A stretch of DNA of 64,000 nt from an uncultured delta proteobacterium (lineage in GTDB: Bacteria > Desulfobacterota > Syntrophobacteria > Syntrophobacterales > Syntrophobacteraceae), in assembly GCA_963698165.1 (NCBI GenBank), contig CAVOPT010000023.1, forward strand, positions 25,704 to 89,703. Direction: 5' to 3'. Shown here piece after piece: positions 52,531 to 63,139 of this stretch; position 1 is the stretch's first letter, and every line of letters starts with the position of its first letter. Under the pieces are notes generated by a model that searched no databases, was not told the origin of the DNA, and was given only the letters and a program-made list of their open reading frames with translations. Position numbers and translations under genes: made by a program.

Positions 52531-52715
52531 TCTTCGATCAATACGATCCGATGTTGAACCAGGTTCATCTCCTTGATGCGCCCCTTGATCCATCGCTGGT
52601 CCCCGTAGATGTCCCGGATATAGATGCTTTCTCCCTCAGGTCTGACGATATCCACGCTTTCCATGATGAGCTCCTCCCTATCCTCTTTCATCAGGTATGC
52701 ATTTGCTTCGCACAT
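52527..52715 (-). CDS. CooT-family small protein (putative nickel-binding, formerly annotated RNA-binding)
   Basis: 62 aa, MCEANAYLMKEDREELIMESVDIVRPEGESIYIRDIYGDQRWIKGRIKEMNLVQHRIVLIED. The MCE.N.Y start with Cys2 and the overall pattern match the CooT family. AAAGGAG upstream. The long ORF-track version (to 52883) is not needed. Confidence 0.7.
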   Translation of the reverse strand: MCEANAYLMKEDREELIMESVDIVRPEGESIYIRDIYGDQRWIKGRIKEMNLVQHRIVLIED

Positions 52716-52765
52716 CTCCGTCGTGCTCCTTTCAGTGGTGGTGGGGATTTCCTTGCCGCCGTCGG

Positions 52766-53656
52766 CTAAGAAGACGCGCCCAGCCGGGAAGCGATTTCCA
52801 GGATGGTCGCCACGTAAGGGCGGCTTTTGTTGTAATGGTGGATGACTTCTTCTTTCTCCGGCCGGCTGAGGCTTTCGGACCATCCGTACCCCCGCAGGTA
52901 GTTGGCAACGCTCGAGATGGCGTCTTCCGGCTGGTATAGGTCGATGCGACCGTCGCGATCAGCGTCCACCCCGAACTTGAGGAGGCTCGACGGGAGGAAC
53001 TGGGGCCACCCGATGGCTCCCATGACCGACCCCCTGTAGAGATCGGGTCTTCTGCCCTGGGTTTGGGAGACTTCGAGCAGCGCCCTCACTTCACCGTAAG
53101 CCCAATCTGCTCTCTTCAACAACTTCTGGTCGAAAGCATCCCGATCCCACCGCTTTCGGTCACTTGAGGACAGCAGTGCCCACACCCTGTCTCGAGAACC
53201 CTTGCTGTCCATGAGGGCAAAGGTGGCGAGCACCGCCAGGGTGGGAATCTCCCCCGTGTAGCTCCCCAGTTGGGTCTCTACGAGAAGAATGGCCACGATG
53301 ACGTTCCGGTCCACTCCGTATTGAGCTTCCGCCCGCCGCAGGGTGCCGCCGTGGGACATGGCGAATCCCTGGGCTTTGCGCAGGTTGGAAGCACTCAAGA
53401 ACTGGTTGTAATTGAGCTGACTTTCCCGCATGCGCAGCGTTTTGGAAATGGTCGTGAACATGGGAGCGGGCGCTGTTTGAAAAGCCATCATCACCTGCTG
53501 TTGAGAAAGGCCATCGTCGATCAGCCGCTTTTTCAGGGGTGCAAAGGTGTCCTCCGCCCGGACCGTTGGCACGGCCAAGAACCCCAGTGCAAGCCAGAAT
53601 AAAAGAAGCCGCGCCAGTGATTCGGTGCCGCGGCGAGTGCGTCTTCCACCCGTCAT
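52766..53656 (-). CDS. lytic murein transglycosylase (MltB-like)
   Basis: Signal-like LARLLLFWLALGFLAVPTVRA. YGVDRNVIVAILLVETQLGSYTG (catalytic Glu context) and GAIGWPQFLPSS are MltB/SLT-2 motifs. ATG 53656 was chosen inside the longer ORF. Confidence 0.8.
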   Translation of the reverse strand: MTGGRRTRRGTESLARLLLFWLALGFLAVPTVRAEDTFAPLKKRLIDDGLSQQQVMMAFQTAPAPMFTTISKTLRMRESQLNYNQFLSASNLRKAQGFAMSHGGTLRRAEAQYGVDRNVIVAILLVETQLGSYTGEIPTLAVLATFALMDSKGSRDRVWALLSSSDRKRWDRDAFDQKLLKRADWAYGEVRALLEVSQTQGRRPDLYRGSVMGAIGWPQFLPSSLLKFGVDADRDGRIDLYQPEDAISSVANYLRGYGWSESLSRPEKEEVIHHYNKSRPYVATILEIASRLGASS

Positions 53657-53976
53657 GTTTTCTCTCAATGCTCTTCCTTTCCTTTCCGTTTCAGCGAACC
53701 CATGTGTACTGAAGGTTTTCCTTTGCGATTCCAAGCCCGTTTCATTATACGTAAACCCTTGTCGGGGAGCAACAGTCGGGCATCCCGATGGGGTCACGAA
53801 AGAATGCGATGGAGCGAAAGCCTGAAGGAGATTCCCTGCCGGCCATGGGCTGACCTCGAAATCCCGTGGTTGGAGCGTTACCTTGGAAGGAAATCCATTG
53901 TGCCATGGCTTGGTGAAGTTGTTGTCGTCCCGTGTAGAGGTGCTTTCCGGCGAACAGGCCGATGTGTGAGGTCAAG

Positions 53977-55821
53977 ATGAGCAACAGGGAATTCCCGGAG
54001 AATCTGGAAACGACGTGGTCTTGTGGAATCGAAGCCTACGGGCCTCTCAAACGGAGGATGCTCGAGTGCATCGGCCGCATGCACGTGCTGAACGGATTTC
54101 CTCACGCATTCCTCATGGACCTGAGGGAAAGACTCGAAAAGGACAGGTTCAACCTTGTGGTGGTGGGGCAGTTCAAGAGAGGCAAGACGTGCCTCATCAA
54201 CGCCCTCATGGGAACCGACCTCCTGCCGGTGGCGGTGGTGCCCCTCACTTCCATCGTCACGGTCCTCTCGTACGGGGAACGGCTGAAGGCCACGGTCCTT
54301 CGCAACGATGGAGAGGCCGCCGAAATTCCCCCCGGGGAAGTTGCGGCCTATGTCACCGAAGTGGGCAATCCCAGGAATGAAAAGGGTGTGCGTGAGGTGC
54401 AAATCGAGTTCCCCTCGGCCTATCTCAAGGACGGGGTGCGCCTCATCGACACCCCCGGTGTGGGCTCGGTCTACTTGCACAACACGGATGTGGCCTACCG
54501 CTATCTGCCTCACTGCGACGCAGCGCTGTTCCTGCTCTCGGTCGAGCAACCCGTCGGCAGGGCGGAGCTCGATTTTCTGAGGGATGTCCAGGTGTATTCC
54601 AACAGGATCTTCTTCCTTTTGAACAAGATCGACATCCTTTCGGATCCGGAAGTCGAGGAATCCATGGCGTTCTCCAGGAGCGCCCTGGAAGAGGCCATGG
54701 GCCCCCAGGTGAAGATGTTTCCCGTCTCAGCCAAGCTTGCCCTGAAAGGAACGGCGGAGGGCTCCGAGGAAACGCTTCGGAAAAGCAGGTTGCCGGCGTT
54801 CTCTGCGATCTTGAACCAGTTCCTCATGGAAGAGAAGGGCAAGGTCCTTCTGCTCTCGGCCGGCGGAGCCCTGCAGCGAACACTGCGGCAGGGGAAGCTC
54901 GAACGCGAGCTGGAGCTGAAGGCGCTCATGACGCCCCTGGAAGAACTCCAGGAAAAAATCTCCATTTTCGAAAACAAGCGCAGGGAAGTCCTGGCCGAAA
55001 AGGACGCCTTTCTGATCCTGGTGGAAGGCGAGACGAAAAGGATCATCAAAGAGGTGCTCGACGAGGACCTGTCCGGTTTCAAGAGAGGGCTCATCGCCAA
55101 AATGGAGGAAGGTTTCGAGGCATGCCGTGAAGCGAACAGGGACCTTTCCCTGAGGGAGTTGAACGAGGCCCTCCGGAACCATGTGAACGAGGGAGTGGAG
55201 CGGGAGATCTCCGCCTGGCGTCCCCTTGAAGAGGAAAAGATCGAACGGGCCTTCCAGGCCCTTTGTGATCGGTTCCTGACCAAGATCAACGGGATCCTCG
55301 ACGCCCTCCTGCAATTCTCCTCCCGGCTGTTTTCCGTTCCATTCGAACACATCAGCTCCCAGGCCCAGTGGAAGATGGAATCCCGGTTCTACTTCAAGTT
55401 CGAGGAGGAGGCAGTGGGGCTGAGCATGCTGGAATCCTCCCTGACCGAGGTCTTTCCTGGGTATATCAGCAGTCGGTTCAAGAAGATCAAAGACTTCTTT
55501 TTCAGGGTTGCCAACCGAAGAATCGTGAAGAGGCGCAAGGAGCATCTGTACCAGGTCATCGAAATGCAGGCGGGCCGCATCCGTTCGGATCTCGTGGAGA
55601 GGCTCAACGCCAGCACGACGGCCTTTCGAAAGGAGATGCTCCAGAAGATCGATTCCACCGCCAATGGCATCGCCGCAGCCATCGACAAGGGCATGCGGCA
55701 GAAGTCCATGGGTGAAGAGAGCTCCCGGGAGAGGCAGCAGGTCCTCCTCGATGAATCCTCCACCATTGATCAGCTGAGGAGGGAGCTTCTGGACATCGAG
55801 CAGTGCGCCAAGGCCCTGTGA
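53977..55821 (+). CDS. dynamin-family GTPase (bacterial dynamin-like protein)
   Basis: G1 VVVGQFKRGKTCLINAL, G3 IDTPGVGS and G4 LLNKID, followed by a long helical stalk. ATG 53977. Confidence 0.8.
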   Translation: MSNREFPENLETTWSCGIEAYGPLKRRMLECIGRMHVLNGFPHAFLMDLRERLEKDRFNLVVVGQFKRGKTCLINALMGTDLLPVAVVPLTSIVTVLSYGERLKATVLRNDGEAAEIPPGEVAAYVTEVGNPRNEKGVREVQIEFPSAYLKDGVRLIDTPGVGSVYLHNTDVAYRYLPHCDAALFLLSVEQPVGRAELDFLRDVQVYSNRIFFLLNKIDILSDPEVEESMAFSRSALEEAMGPQVKMFPVSAKLALKGTAEGSEETLRKSRLPAFSAILNQFLMEEKGKVLLLSAGGALQRTLRQGKLERELELKALMTPLEELQEKISIFENKRREVLAEKDAFLILVEGETKRIIKEVLDEDLSGFKRGLIAKMEEGFEACREANRDLSLRELNEALRNHVNEGVEREISAWRPLEEEKIERAFQALCDRFLTKINGILDALLQFSSRLFSVPFEHISSQAQWKMESRFYFKFEEEAVGLSMLESSLTEVFPGYISSRFKKIKDFFFRVANRRIVKRRKEHLYQVIEMQAGRIRSDLVERLNASTTAFRKEMLQKIDSTANGIAAAIDKGMRQKSMGEESSRERQQVLLDESSTIDQLRRELLDIEQCAKAL

Positions 55822-56411
55822 GGTGCCCGGGATCGCGGCAGTCGCCGGTCCCCATGGCGGCGTCCATCCACCAATCCTTCCCTTGCCGAAATCCGTCGGC
55901 CCGCCGCGGCTCTTCACGGCTCCGACACTACCCGCATCGGCCCCGGCCGGGTAGTTCGCGGGGTGCTTTTCTGCTTGACAAAGTGGGTCCTGTCAAGTAG
56001 CTTGGCGCCGCATGTGAAAAGAGCATGGAGGGGTGTTTTTTCTTTTGATCAGGCCATGTCCTTCATGGGCGAGGACGGCTCCGGTTTGGACTCGCGCTCT
56101 GGTGCAAGGGTCTTTTTTTCACAATGCCACATCTGATGAAGTGTTTTCCATCTTGTTGCCCTCAGCCGCGCCCGCAGAATTCATGAGAACCGTTTCTCCA
56201 AGCGTGTGCAAAGTGCTGGCCCGCCTGCAGAGAAGAGGCGAGCTAGGCTTTTTTTGTTTTGAGTGAATCCACGCCAGCTGATTTGATCACTTGACTGGAG
56301 GAGGTGAGAAGCAACGGAGGTAGGAGATTTCCTGTGAAAGTCGGGAGAGGGACTTTCAACAAATGGGATGGTTTGGTCAGGTATTTTCAGGATCTTTGGA
56401 AGGAGGAGTAA

Positions 56412-58457
56412 ATGAAAGCAAGCATCATCATCATGTTTGCCCTGGGATGTGGTGGGCTCGGGGTTCTTTATGCCTTAATCACTGCCGCATGGGTTTCCAA
56501 GCAGCCCGCCGGATCCGAAAAAATGCAGGAGATTTCGGATGCCATCAAGGAAGGTGCAATGGCCTTCTTGAATCGCGAGTACAGGACCGTCGCCATCGTG
56601 ATGGTCGTCCTCGCCGCGCTCCTCACCTATCTCGGTAAATGGACAGCCATTGGATTCGTTATCGGTACCGCTGGCTCCGCCCTCGCCGGTTATATCGGCA
56701 TGATGGTGTCCGTGAAGGCCAACGTGAGGACCACGGAAGCCGCCAAGCGCGGTCTCCAGCCTGCATTGAACGTTGCCTTCAAGGGCGGTTCGGTGACGGG
56801 TATCATGGTGGTTGGCCTTGGGCTGCTGGGCATCGCAGGATACTATCTGGTCGTCAAGAACATGGCTCCGGTCGATGACGCGTTCCATGCCCTGATTGGC
56901 CTGGGCTTCGGCTGCTCCCTCATGAGCGTGTTCGCTCGTATCGCCGGCGGCATCTACACCAAGGCTGCCGACGTGGGCGCCGACCTCGTGGGTAAAGTGG
57001 AAGCGGGGATTCCCGAGGACGATCCCAGAAATGCAGCGGTCATCGCTGACAACGTGGGCGACAACGTGGGCGACTGCGCGGGTATGGCTGCCGACCTCTA
57101 CGAAACCTACACGGTTACCCTCGTGGCTGCCATGCTCCTGGCCAAGACCGTCTACGGAGCGGACAGCATGTGGGTGGAATTTCCCCTCCTCATCGGCGGC
57201 ATCTCCATTGTTGCTTCCATCATTGGCACCTACTTTGTCCGCCTTGGAAAGAACGAATACATCATGGGTGCCCTCTACAAGGGCTTGGCTGTCTCGGGTA
57301 TCCTGGCAGCCGGTGCCTTCTATCTTGTTTCCGACTGGTTCCTGAAGCTTCCGGGCGTCCAGCAGGCTTTCACGCCCATCGGTGTGTTCACCACCGCTGT
57401 CATCGGGCTCATCCTGACCGGTCTCATCGTGATGATCACGGAATACTTCACGTCCAAGAGCTTCAATCCGGTCAAGCACATCGCATTTGCCAGCCAGACC
57501 GGTCACGGCACTAACGTCATCGCGGGCCTCGCGGTGAGCATGAAGTCGACGGGCGCGCCCGCACTGGTCATCTGCGGCGCCATCGCCTGGGCCTATCAGT
57601 TGGGTGGCGGCTTCTCCGGGAACCCGGGCGGCGGTCTTTTCGCCATCGCTCTTTCCGCCGTGGCCATGCTCTCCATGACGGGAATCGTCGTGGCCATTGA
57701 CTCCTACGGCCCCATCACGGACAACGCCGGCGGTATCGCAGAGATGGCGGAGCTTCCCGACAGCGTTCGCGCCATCACTGATCCTCTGGATGCCGTTGGA
57801 AACACCACCAAGGCGGTCACGAAGGGTTATGCCATTGGTTCCGCGGCCTTGGCCGCTCTGGTGCTCTTCGCCGAGTATTCCAGGTCCTTCGGCGAGGCCC
57901 TTGCTTTCGACCTTTCCAATCCCAAGGTCCTCATCGGCCTTTTCATCGGCGGGCTGCTGCCTTATTTCTTCGGCTCCCTCCTGATGGAAGCGGTTGGCAA
58001 GGCTGCAGGCGGCGTGGTCGAGGAAGTTCGCCGTCAGTTCCGCGAGATTCCGGGGATCATGGAGGGCACCGCCAAGCCCGAATACGGGAAGTGCGTGGAC
58101 ATCGTGACCAAGAGCGCCATCAAGGAGATGATGCTTCCTGCGCTCATTCCCGTTGCCACCCCCGTCGTGGTTGGTTTTCTGCTTGGTAAGGAGGCCCTGG
58201 GCGGCGTGCTCATCGGCGCCATCATCACCGGTCTCTTCCAGGCCATCGCCATGACCAGCGGCGGCGGTGCATGGGACAATGCCAAGAAGTTCATTGAGGA
58301 CGGCATGTACGGCGGCAAGGGTTCCGAAGCCCACAAAGCGGCCGTCACGGGCGACACCGTAGGCGACCCGTACAAGGACACCGCCGGTCCCGCCATCAAT
58401 CCCATGATCAAGGTGGTCAACATCGTGGCGCTTCTGATCGTTCCCCTGATCAAATAG
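56412..58457 (+). CDS. hppA: membrane-bound proton-translocating pyrophosphatase
   Basis: 681 aa. [49 protein letters not shown] and AWDNAKK are canonical H+-PPase motifs. GGAGGAG upstream. Confidence 0.93.
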   Translation: MKASIIIMFALGCGGLGVLYALITAAWVSKQPAGSEKMQEISDAIKEGAMAFLNREYRTVAIVMVVLAALLTYLGKWTAIGFVIGTAGSALAGYIGMMVSVKANVRTTEAAKRGLQPALNVAFKGGSVTGIMVVGLGLLGIAGYYLVVKNMAPVDDAFHALIGLGFGCSLMSVFARIAGGIYTKAADVGADLVGKVEAGIPEDDPRNAAVIADNVGDNVGDCAGMAADLYETYTVTLVAAMLLAKTVYGADSMWVEFPLLIGGISIVASIIGTYFVRLGKNEYIMGALYKGLAVSGILAAGAFYLVSDWFLKLPGVQQAFTPIGVFTTAVIGLILTGLIVMITEYFTSKSFNPVKHIAFASQTGHGTNVIAGLAVSMKSTGAPALVICGAIAWAYQLGGGFSGNPGGGLFAIALSAVAMLSMTGIVVAIDSYGPITDNAGGIAEMAELPDSVRAITDPLDAVGNTTKAVTKGYAIGSAALAALVLFAEYSRSFGEALAFDLSNPKVLIGLFIGGLLPYFFGSLLMEAVGKAAGGVVEEVRRQFREIPGIMEGTAKPEYGKCVDIVTKSAIKEMMLPALIPVATPVVVGFLLGKEALGGVLIGAIITGLFQAIAMTSGGGAWDNAKKFIEDGMYGGKGSEAHKAAVTGDTVGDPYKDTAGPAINPMIKVVNIVALLIVPLIK

Positions 58458-58487
58458 AGGCGGCGCGACCTTTCTTGTGCAACGAAG

Positions 58488-58518
58488 CCGGCAGGGCAAT
58501 CCCCTGCCGGTTTTTTTT
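58488..58518 (+). terminator. intrinsic terminator after hppA
   Basis: ccggcaggg-caatc-ccctgccgg followed by eight T (58511-58518), 30 nt after the stop. Confidence 0.8.
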
Positions 58519-58833
58519 GCTTCTTTGTGCTTCGTGGGCCATCCCTCCCCTCTTCCTCTTTCGCAAGAAACCAGTTTGCTCAAATCACTCGAGAACTGTC
58601 CCCCGGAATGAAATTGACAGACTCCAGAAAAACAGTATCTCAGGAGCCTCAGGGGACTACCGGGTTTCCCGGTGAAGCCCCGGCCTAGAATTCATCCAGT
58701 GCAAGATGCGATAATCTCTTGGTATTTCGAGTCGCTCACTGCTAAATTGAATGCTTGGGAATGCATCCATGAATGCCTCGGTGGAATGTCCGTTGAGTGT
58801 CCTGGCGGTTTAGAGTCGTGAAAGGAGATGTGA

Positions 58834-60315
58834 ATGAAGCGCGTTGTCATCGGTGCCTTGGTTGTGGGTCTGCTCATCGGGGCTGCATGGACGGCATCCT
58901 CATACTGGTTTGGAATGCAAACTGAGAGTCGGTACCGCTCCATGATTGAGGAGAGTTCCTCGTGGGGTCAGGCGAGGATGGTCAATGAATCGTACGAGAG
59001 GGGAATATTCCGATCTCAAGCGAAAACTGTTGTCGAGATCGGCCAGCCTCCTCCAAAGGGAAAGGCCCTGGAGGAACAACCGGTCGGTGGGCCTCTGCGG
59101 TTCACTCTGATGGAGGAGATATTGCACGGACCTCTGCCCTTCATGGCCCAGGCCCCCGGGCAGTCACTCCTGGAGCCGGCCCTCGCCGTCATCGAGACCA
59201 GGGTCGCTTTTGACCCTGAAAAGAATGAGGTCCTGAAGCAATTGCAGGATCTCATCCCGAAGGATGCCGTGACGAAGTTTACGACCGTCCTCCATTGGAA
59301 GGGTGAGGGCGAGACACGGGTTTCGATGAAGCCGTTTCGCCAGGAATCCGGTCAGGATGAAAAGGTCGGTGTGGATTTCGGCGGACTCGATGCTCAGATC
59401 AGATTCAGCCTGGACTTAAAGAGGTTTTCCGGAAACCTTTTGTGTGAAAAGCTCCGTGTGCAAACGGCCAGGCATGGACTGTACCAAATGGGCCAGATGG
59501 ATGGGACCTTCGACCAGTACCAGGGGGCCAACGGCCTCTTTCTCGGGGACATCGACTTTAAGCTCAACCACTTCGAATTCCAGGGGCCCCAGGGTGGGGG
59601 CAAAGCCGAGGAACCTTTTCGGGTCAAGGGCTTGCAGGTGAAAACATCCGCACGGGAATCGGCCAACGACCTTTCCACCTCCGCCGTCACGTCGATGGAT
59701 CAATTGGGCCTTGGTGAATTTGGCGCCGACAAGGCTCTTCTGGAGGTCGAATTCAGAAAGCTGGATGCCAGGGCGGTCTCGGAACTCCAGAGCACCCTCA
59801 GGGGGCTGCGAAATCTGCAGGATTCCCAGGAGGAGATGAGCCGGCAAGCGCTGGAAAAAGCCGTGGACCTGCTCGCGAGACTTCTCAGGAACTCCCCGGA
59901 AATGGCGATCAAACGATTCGGCTTCATGACGCCGGAGGGGGAGCTTCAGGCCGCCGCCAAGTTGATGGTGGATGGAACCCAGGTGGGGGATTCGCTCAAT
60001 ATCGCGAGCATTGTCAACGCTTCGGACCTTGAAGCGAAAGTGGATGTCTCCGAGAAACTCCTGGTGAGAATTCTCAAGTCGGGGGGAAGGAAGAGCGAAG
60101 GCGGAACGGATGAGGATTCGAAGGCAGAGGCGGTTCCGGACTCCAGCAAGGAAGATGTCCATGATGCGGAAATTCAAGAGCAACTGGCGGGCCTTTTGGC
60201 TCAGGGTTATCTTAAGCTGGAAAATGGCACATACAAGACCTCCGCCCGTTATGCCAAGGGAAAGCTTACGGTGAACCAACGGGATGTACCCCTGAATCAG
60301 TTCCTGGGTCATTAG
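58834..60315 (+). CDS. DUF945 (YdgA-like) protein
   Basis: An N-terminal TM (VVIGALVVGLLIGAAW), then YERGIFRSQAKTVVEI, HGPLPF and a C-terminal ...NGTYKTSARYAKGKLTVNQRDVPLNQFLG parallel E. coli YdgA as I remember it. Confidence 0.65.
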   Translation: MKRVVIGALVVGLLIGAAWTASSYWFGMQTESRYRSMIEESSSWGQARMVNESYERGIFRSQAKTVVEIGQPPPKGKALEEQPVGGPLRFTLMEEILHGPLPFMAQAPGQSLLEPALAVIETRVAFDPEKNEVLKQLQDLIPKDAVTKFTTVLHWKGEGETRVSMKPFRQESGQDEKVGVDFGGLDAQIRFSLDLKRFSGNLLCEKLRVQTARHGLYQMGQMDGTFDQYQGANGLFLGDIDFKLNHFEFQGPQGGGKAEEPFRVKGLQVKTSARESANDLSTSAVTSMDQLGLGEFGADKALLEVEFRKLDARAVSELQSTLRGLRNLQDSQEEMSRQALEKAVDLLARLLRNSPEMAIKRFGFMTPEGELQAAAKLMVDGTQVGDSLNIASIVNASDLEAKVDVSEKLLVRILKSGGRKSEGGTDEDSKAEAVPDSSKEDVHDAEIQEQLAGLLAQGYLKLENGTYKTSARYAKGKLTVNQRDVPLNQFLGH

Positions 60316-60495
60316 AGTGGAAGGATGCAAAGGCGGCAGGACCCGCACGGCATCGAGATCCTTCCGGGTGGAAGGATTGAGCTCGCAAGGCCTCCATGCG
60401 CTTCCCTCACCTTGACTTGAGGCCATGATGCCTATACGATGCCCACGTCTCTGGAGTGTCCGAGACCAAAGAGAATCCCTAACGTGGCGGAAATC

Positions 60496-61848
60496 ATGTT
60501 CGATAGTCTTTCAGACAAGCTGCAGAAGATTTTCAAAAACCTGCGAGGCCAGGGAAAGCTCACCGAGGAAAATATTCAGGGGGCTTTGAAGGAAGTGCGG
60601 ATGGCCTTGCTTGAGGCCGACGTGCACTACAAGGTCGCCAAGGATTTCGTGGCAGGCATCGCTTCCCGGGCTGTCGGCCAGGAAGTCATGCAGAGCCTCA
60701 CTCCCGGCCAACAGGTCGTCAAGATCGTGAACGAAGGCCTCACCGAGCTCATGGGAGGGCAGGCGGAACCCCTCAGATTGACAGGCCGCATCCCCGTCTC
60801 CGTGATGCTTGTGGGATTGCAGGGATCCGGGAAAACGACAACAGCAGCCAAGCTTGCCAAGAGGCTCACCCAGGAAAAGCGGCATCCGTGCCTGGTTCCC
60901 GCCGACATATACCGGCCCGCGGCCATAGACCAGCTGACGACCCTTGGAAAGCAGCTGGGAATGCCCGTGTACCCGGCCTCGACCGGTCAAAGGCCCGAAG
61001 AGATCGTGAAGGAGGCGTTCAACTTCGCGAGGGAGCGAAACTGCGACACGCTCCTGGTGGACACGGCGGGGAGGCTCCACATCGACACGGACTTGATGGA
61101 GGAGCTTCGCCGTCTCAAGGAGATCCTTCTCCCTGCCGAAATCCTCCTGGTGGCCGACGCCATGACGGGCCAGGACGCCGTGCAGGTTGCCGACAGCTTC
61201 CACGGGGCCCTGGGAATCACGGGAGTCATCCTCAGCAAGCTGGACGGCGATGCCCGGGGTGGCGCGGCCCTGTCCATCCGGGCCGCCACCCAGTGTCCCA
61301 TCAAGTTCATAGGGGTGGGGGAAAAGCTGGACGCCCTGGAAGTGTTCCATCCGGAGCGCATGAGCTCCCGCATCCTGGGCATGGGAGACGTGCTCTCCAT
61401 GATCGAAAAGGCCCAGGAAGCCATCGACGAGAAACAGGCCCAGGAACTCGTCGACAAATTCCGGGACGACACGTTCTCCCTTGAGGATTTCCGCAATCAG
61501 ATCCGGCAGATCAGGAAGCTCGGCTCCCTGGAGAGCATCCTCTCCATGCTCCCGGGAATGGGAATGCTCAAGGAATTGAAAAAGATGCAGGTGGACGAGA
61601 AGGAATTCGTCCGGATGGAAGCCATCATCAATTCCATGACAAAGGCGGAGCGGCGCAATGTTGACATCATCAACGCGGGTCGCAGGCGGCGCATTGCCGG
61701 GGGCAGCGGCACGACGGTTCAGGACGTAAACCGGCTCATCAACAGCTATTCCGAAGCGCGCAAAATGATGCGGCAGATGATGGGGGTGAGCGGAACCAAG
61801 AAAAAGAAGGGCAAGGGCCGCCGGAAAAAGGCATTTTTTCCTTTTTGA
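60496..61848 (+). CDS. ffh: signal recognition particle protein Ffh
   Basis: MFDSLSDKLQKIFKNLRG, GLQGSGKTTT, DTAGRL, KLDGDARGGAALS and a Met-rich M domain. ATG 60496 is preferred over the upstream ORF start. Confidence 0.93.
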   Translation: MFDSLSDKLQKIFKNLRGQGKLTEENIQGALKEVRMALLEADVHYKVAKDFVAGIASRAVGQEVMQSLTPGQQVVKIVNEGLTELMGGQAEPLRLTGRIPVSVMLVGLQGSGKTTTAAKLAKRLTQEKRHPCLVPADIYRPAAIDQLTTLGKQLGMPVYPASTGQRPEEIVKEAFNFARERNCDTLLVDTAGRLHIDTDLMEELRRLKEILLPAEILLVADAMTGQDAVQVADSFHGALGITGVILSKLDGDARGGAALSIRAATQCPIKFIGVGEKLDALEVFHPERMSSRILGMGDVLSMIEKAQEAIDEKQAQELVDKFRDDTFSLEDFRNQIRQIRKLGSLESILSMLPGMGMLKELKKMQVDEKEFVRMEAIINSMTKAERRNVDIINAGRRRRIAGGSGTTVQDVNRLINSYSEARKMMRQMMGVSGTKKKKGKGRRKKAFFPF

Positions 61849-62074
61849 ATTGGATCAGGTGGGGTATACAAAAGAATTTACAACACTGGTCAATGGCTTT
61901 GGCTTCAGTTCATAGATTTGACGGCCGCGATTTCCCTTTTCCAGTGGGACTTGTTCATCGTTGCGATCGGAGTGATCGGGAGATTCTCTGAGCAGGCAGC
62001 CCCTAGTCTTGGCCCGGCAGGTGAGCGTTGAAAGCGCGGTATCCATTTTCTTATCAGGAGGTGAGACACAGACC

Positions 62075-62332
62075 ATGGCAGTAAGGATTCGTTTGGCCAG
62101 AGGAGGCAGGAAGAAAAGACCTTTCTACCGCATTGTAGTGGCTTCTTCGGAGGCGCCACGGGATGGTCGTTTCATTGAGGGCATTGGAACCTACAATCCC
62201 TTGCCCGAGACGCCCGAGGTCAAGTTCAATGCTGAAAGACTTGAATACTGGCTTCAACAGGGTGCAAAGCCCACCGAAACGGTAAAGAGCCTGATTCGGA
62301 AGCACGGCGCTCAGACGGCAGCTGAGGCCTAA
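62075..62332 (+). CDS. rpsP: 30S ribosomal protein S16
   Basis: [23 protein letters not shown]..., with AGGAGG upstream of ATG 62075. Confidence 0.93.
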   Translation: MAVRIRLARGGRKKRPFYRIVVASSEAPRDGRFIEGIGTYNPLPETPEVKFNAERLEYWLQQGAKPTETVKSLIRKHGAQTAAEA

Positions 62333-62376
62333 TCGGCGAACGGAGTATGTGCGGCGCAGAGAATCCGGAGGTCACC

Positions 62377-62610
62377 ATGTTGAAAGAATTGATCGATTTT
62401 ATGGCACGGGCTTTGGTGGACAATCCAGAGAAGGTGAATGTCTCCGAAATTGAAGGAGAACAGACTTCCGTGATCGAACTGCGGGTAGCCAAGGAAGATC
62501 TGGGCAAGGTGATTGGAAAGCAGGGGCGGACCGCCCGTGCGATGCGAACGATATTGAGCGCCGCTTCGACCAAGATTCGGAAAAGAGCTGTCCTGGAAAT
62601 CATCGAATAG
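62377..62610 (+). CDS. KH-domain RNA-binding protein (YlqC/UPF0109 family)
   Basis: [60 protein letters not shown] has the GKxGR KH motif. It holds the conserved position between rpsP and rimM. Confidence 0.8.
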   Translation: MLKELIDFMARALVDNPEKVNVSEIEGEQTSVIELRVAKEDLGKVIGKQGRTARAMRTILSAASTKIRKRAVLEIIE

Positions 62611-62614
62611 GGGC

Positions 62615-63139
62615 ATGGAGGAATCTCGCCTCATACCTGTCGGGAAAATCGCGCGCACTCACGGAGTCAGGGGACTCGTGAAGATCCTCCCTTACGGCGA
62701 GAGCCTGGCGCTTCAGGGTGCGGGAGAAAAGGTTTTTCTTGCAGGCTCCTTGAAAGAAACACCCGAGACCTTGACCATCGTGACCGCCAAGAGCCAGGGG
62801 AAAATGCTGCTGGTGCAGTTTCAGGACTTGACGAATATCGATGAGGCGAAGGGAATCGTCGGCCTGGAGGTGTTGCTCCCCGAAGACCGTCTTCCCCCGA
62901 CTCAGGATGATGAGTACTACCACTACCAGCTCATTGGACTTGAAGTGGTGACAAAACAGGGAGACCGCATAGGTGTGCTCCGAGGCATCATTGAAACAGG
63001 CGGCAATGATGTCTACTCGATAGACCGCAATGGCAGGGAGCTCCTTGTTCCCGCCGTCGAGGGCGTTATCGCGGACGTGGATTTGCAGCAGAACCGGATG
63101 GTGATCGATCCTCCGGAAGGTTTGATGGATGATCTTTGA
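62615..63139 (+). CDS. rimM: 16S rRNA processing protein RimM
   Basis: [18 protein letters not shown]..., [12 protein letters not shown] and a PRC-barrel C-terminus. Conserved operon position. Confidence 0.88.
   Translation: MEESRLIPVGKIARTHGVRGLVKILPYGESLALQGAGEKVFLAGSLKETPETLTIVTAKSQGKMLLVQFQDLTNIDEAKGIVGLEVLLPEDRLPPTQDDEYYHYQLIGLEVVTKQGDRIGVLRGIIETGGNDVYSIDRNGRELLVPAVEGVIADVDLQQNRMVIDPPEGLMDDL

Noticed and set aside
56033-56266. 77-aa plus-strand ORF in the gap upstream of hppA
   Set aside because: It has no RBS, odd composition (MFFLLIRPCPSWARTAPVW...) and no recognisable family. It is treated as non-coding.
56475-58583. 702-aa ORF on the minus strand
   Set aside because: It lies exactly antisense to the unmistakable H+-pyrophosphatase gene. 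The translation is low-complexity (G/D/H/R-rich) with no recognisable motifs. This is a typical GC-driven shadow ORF.
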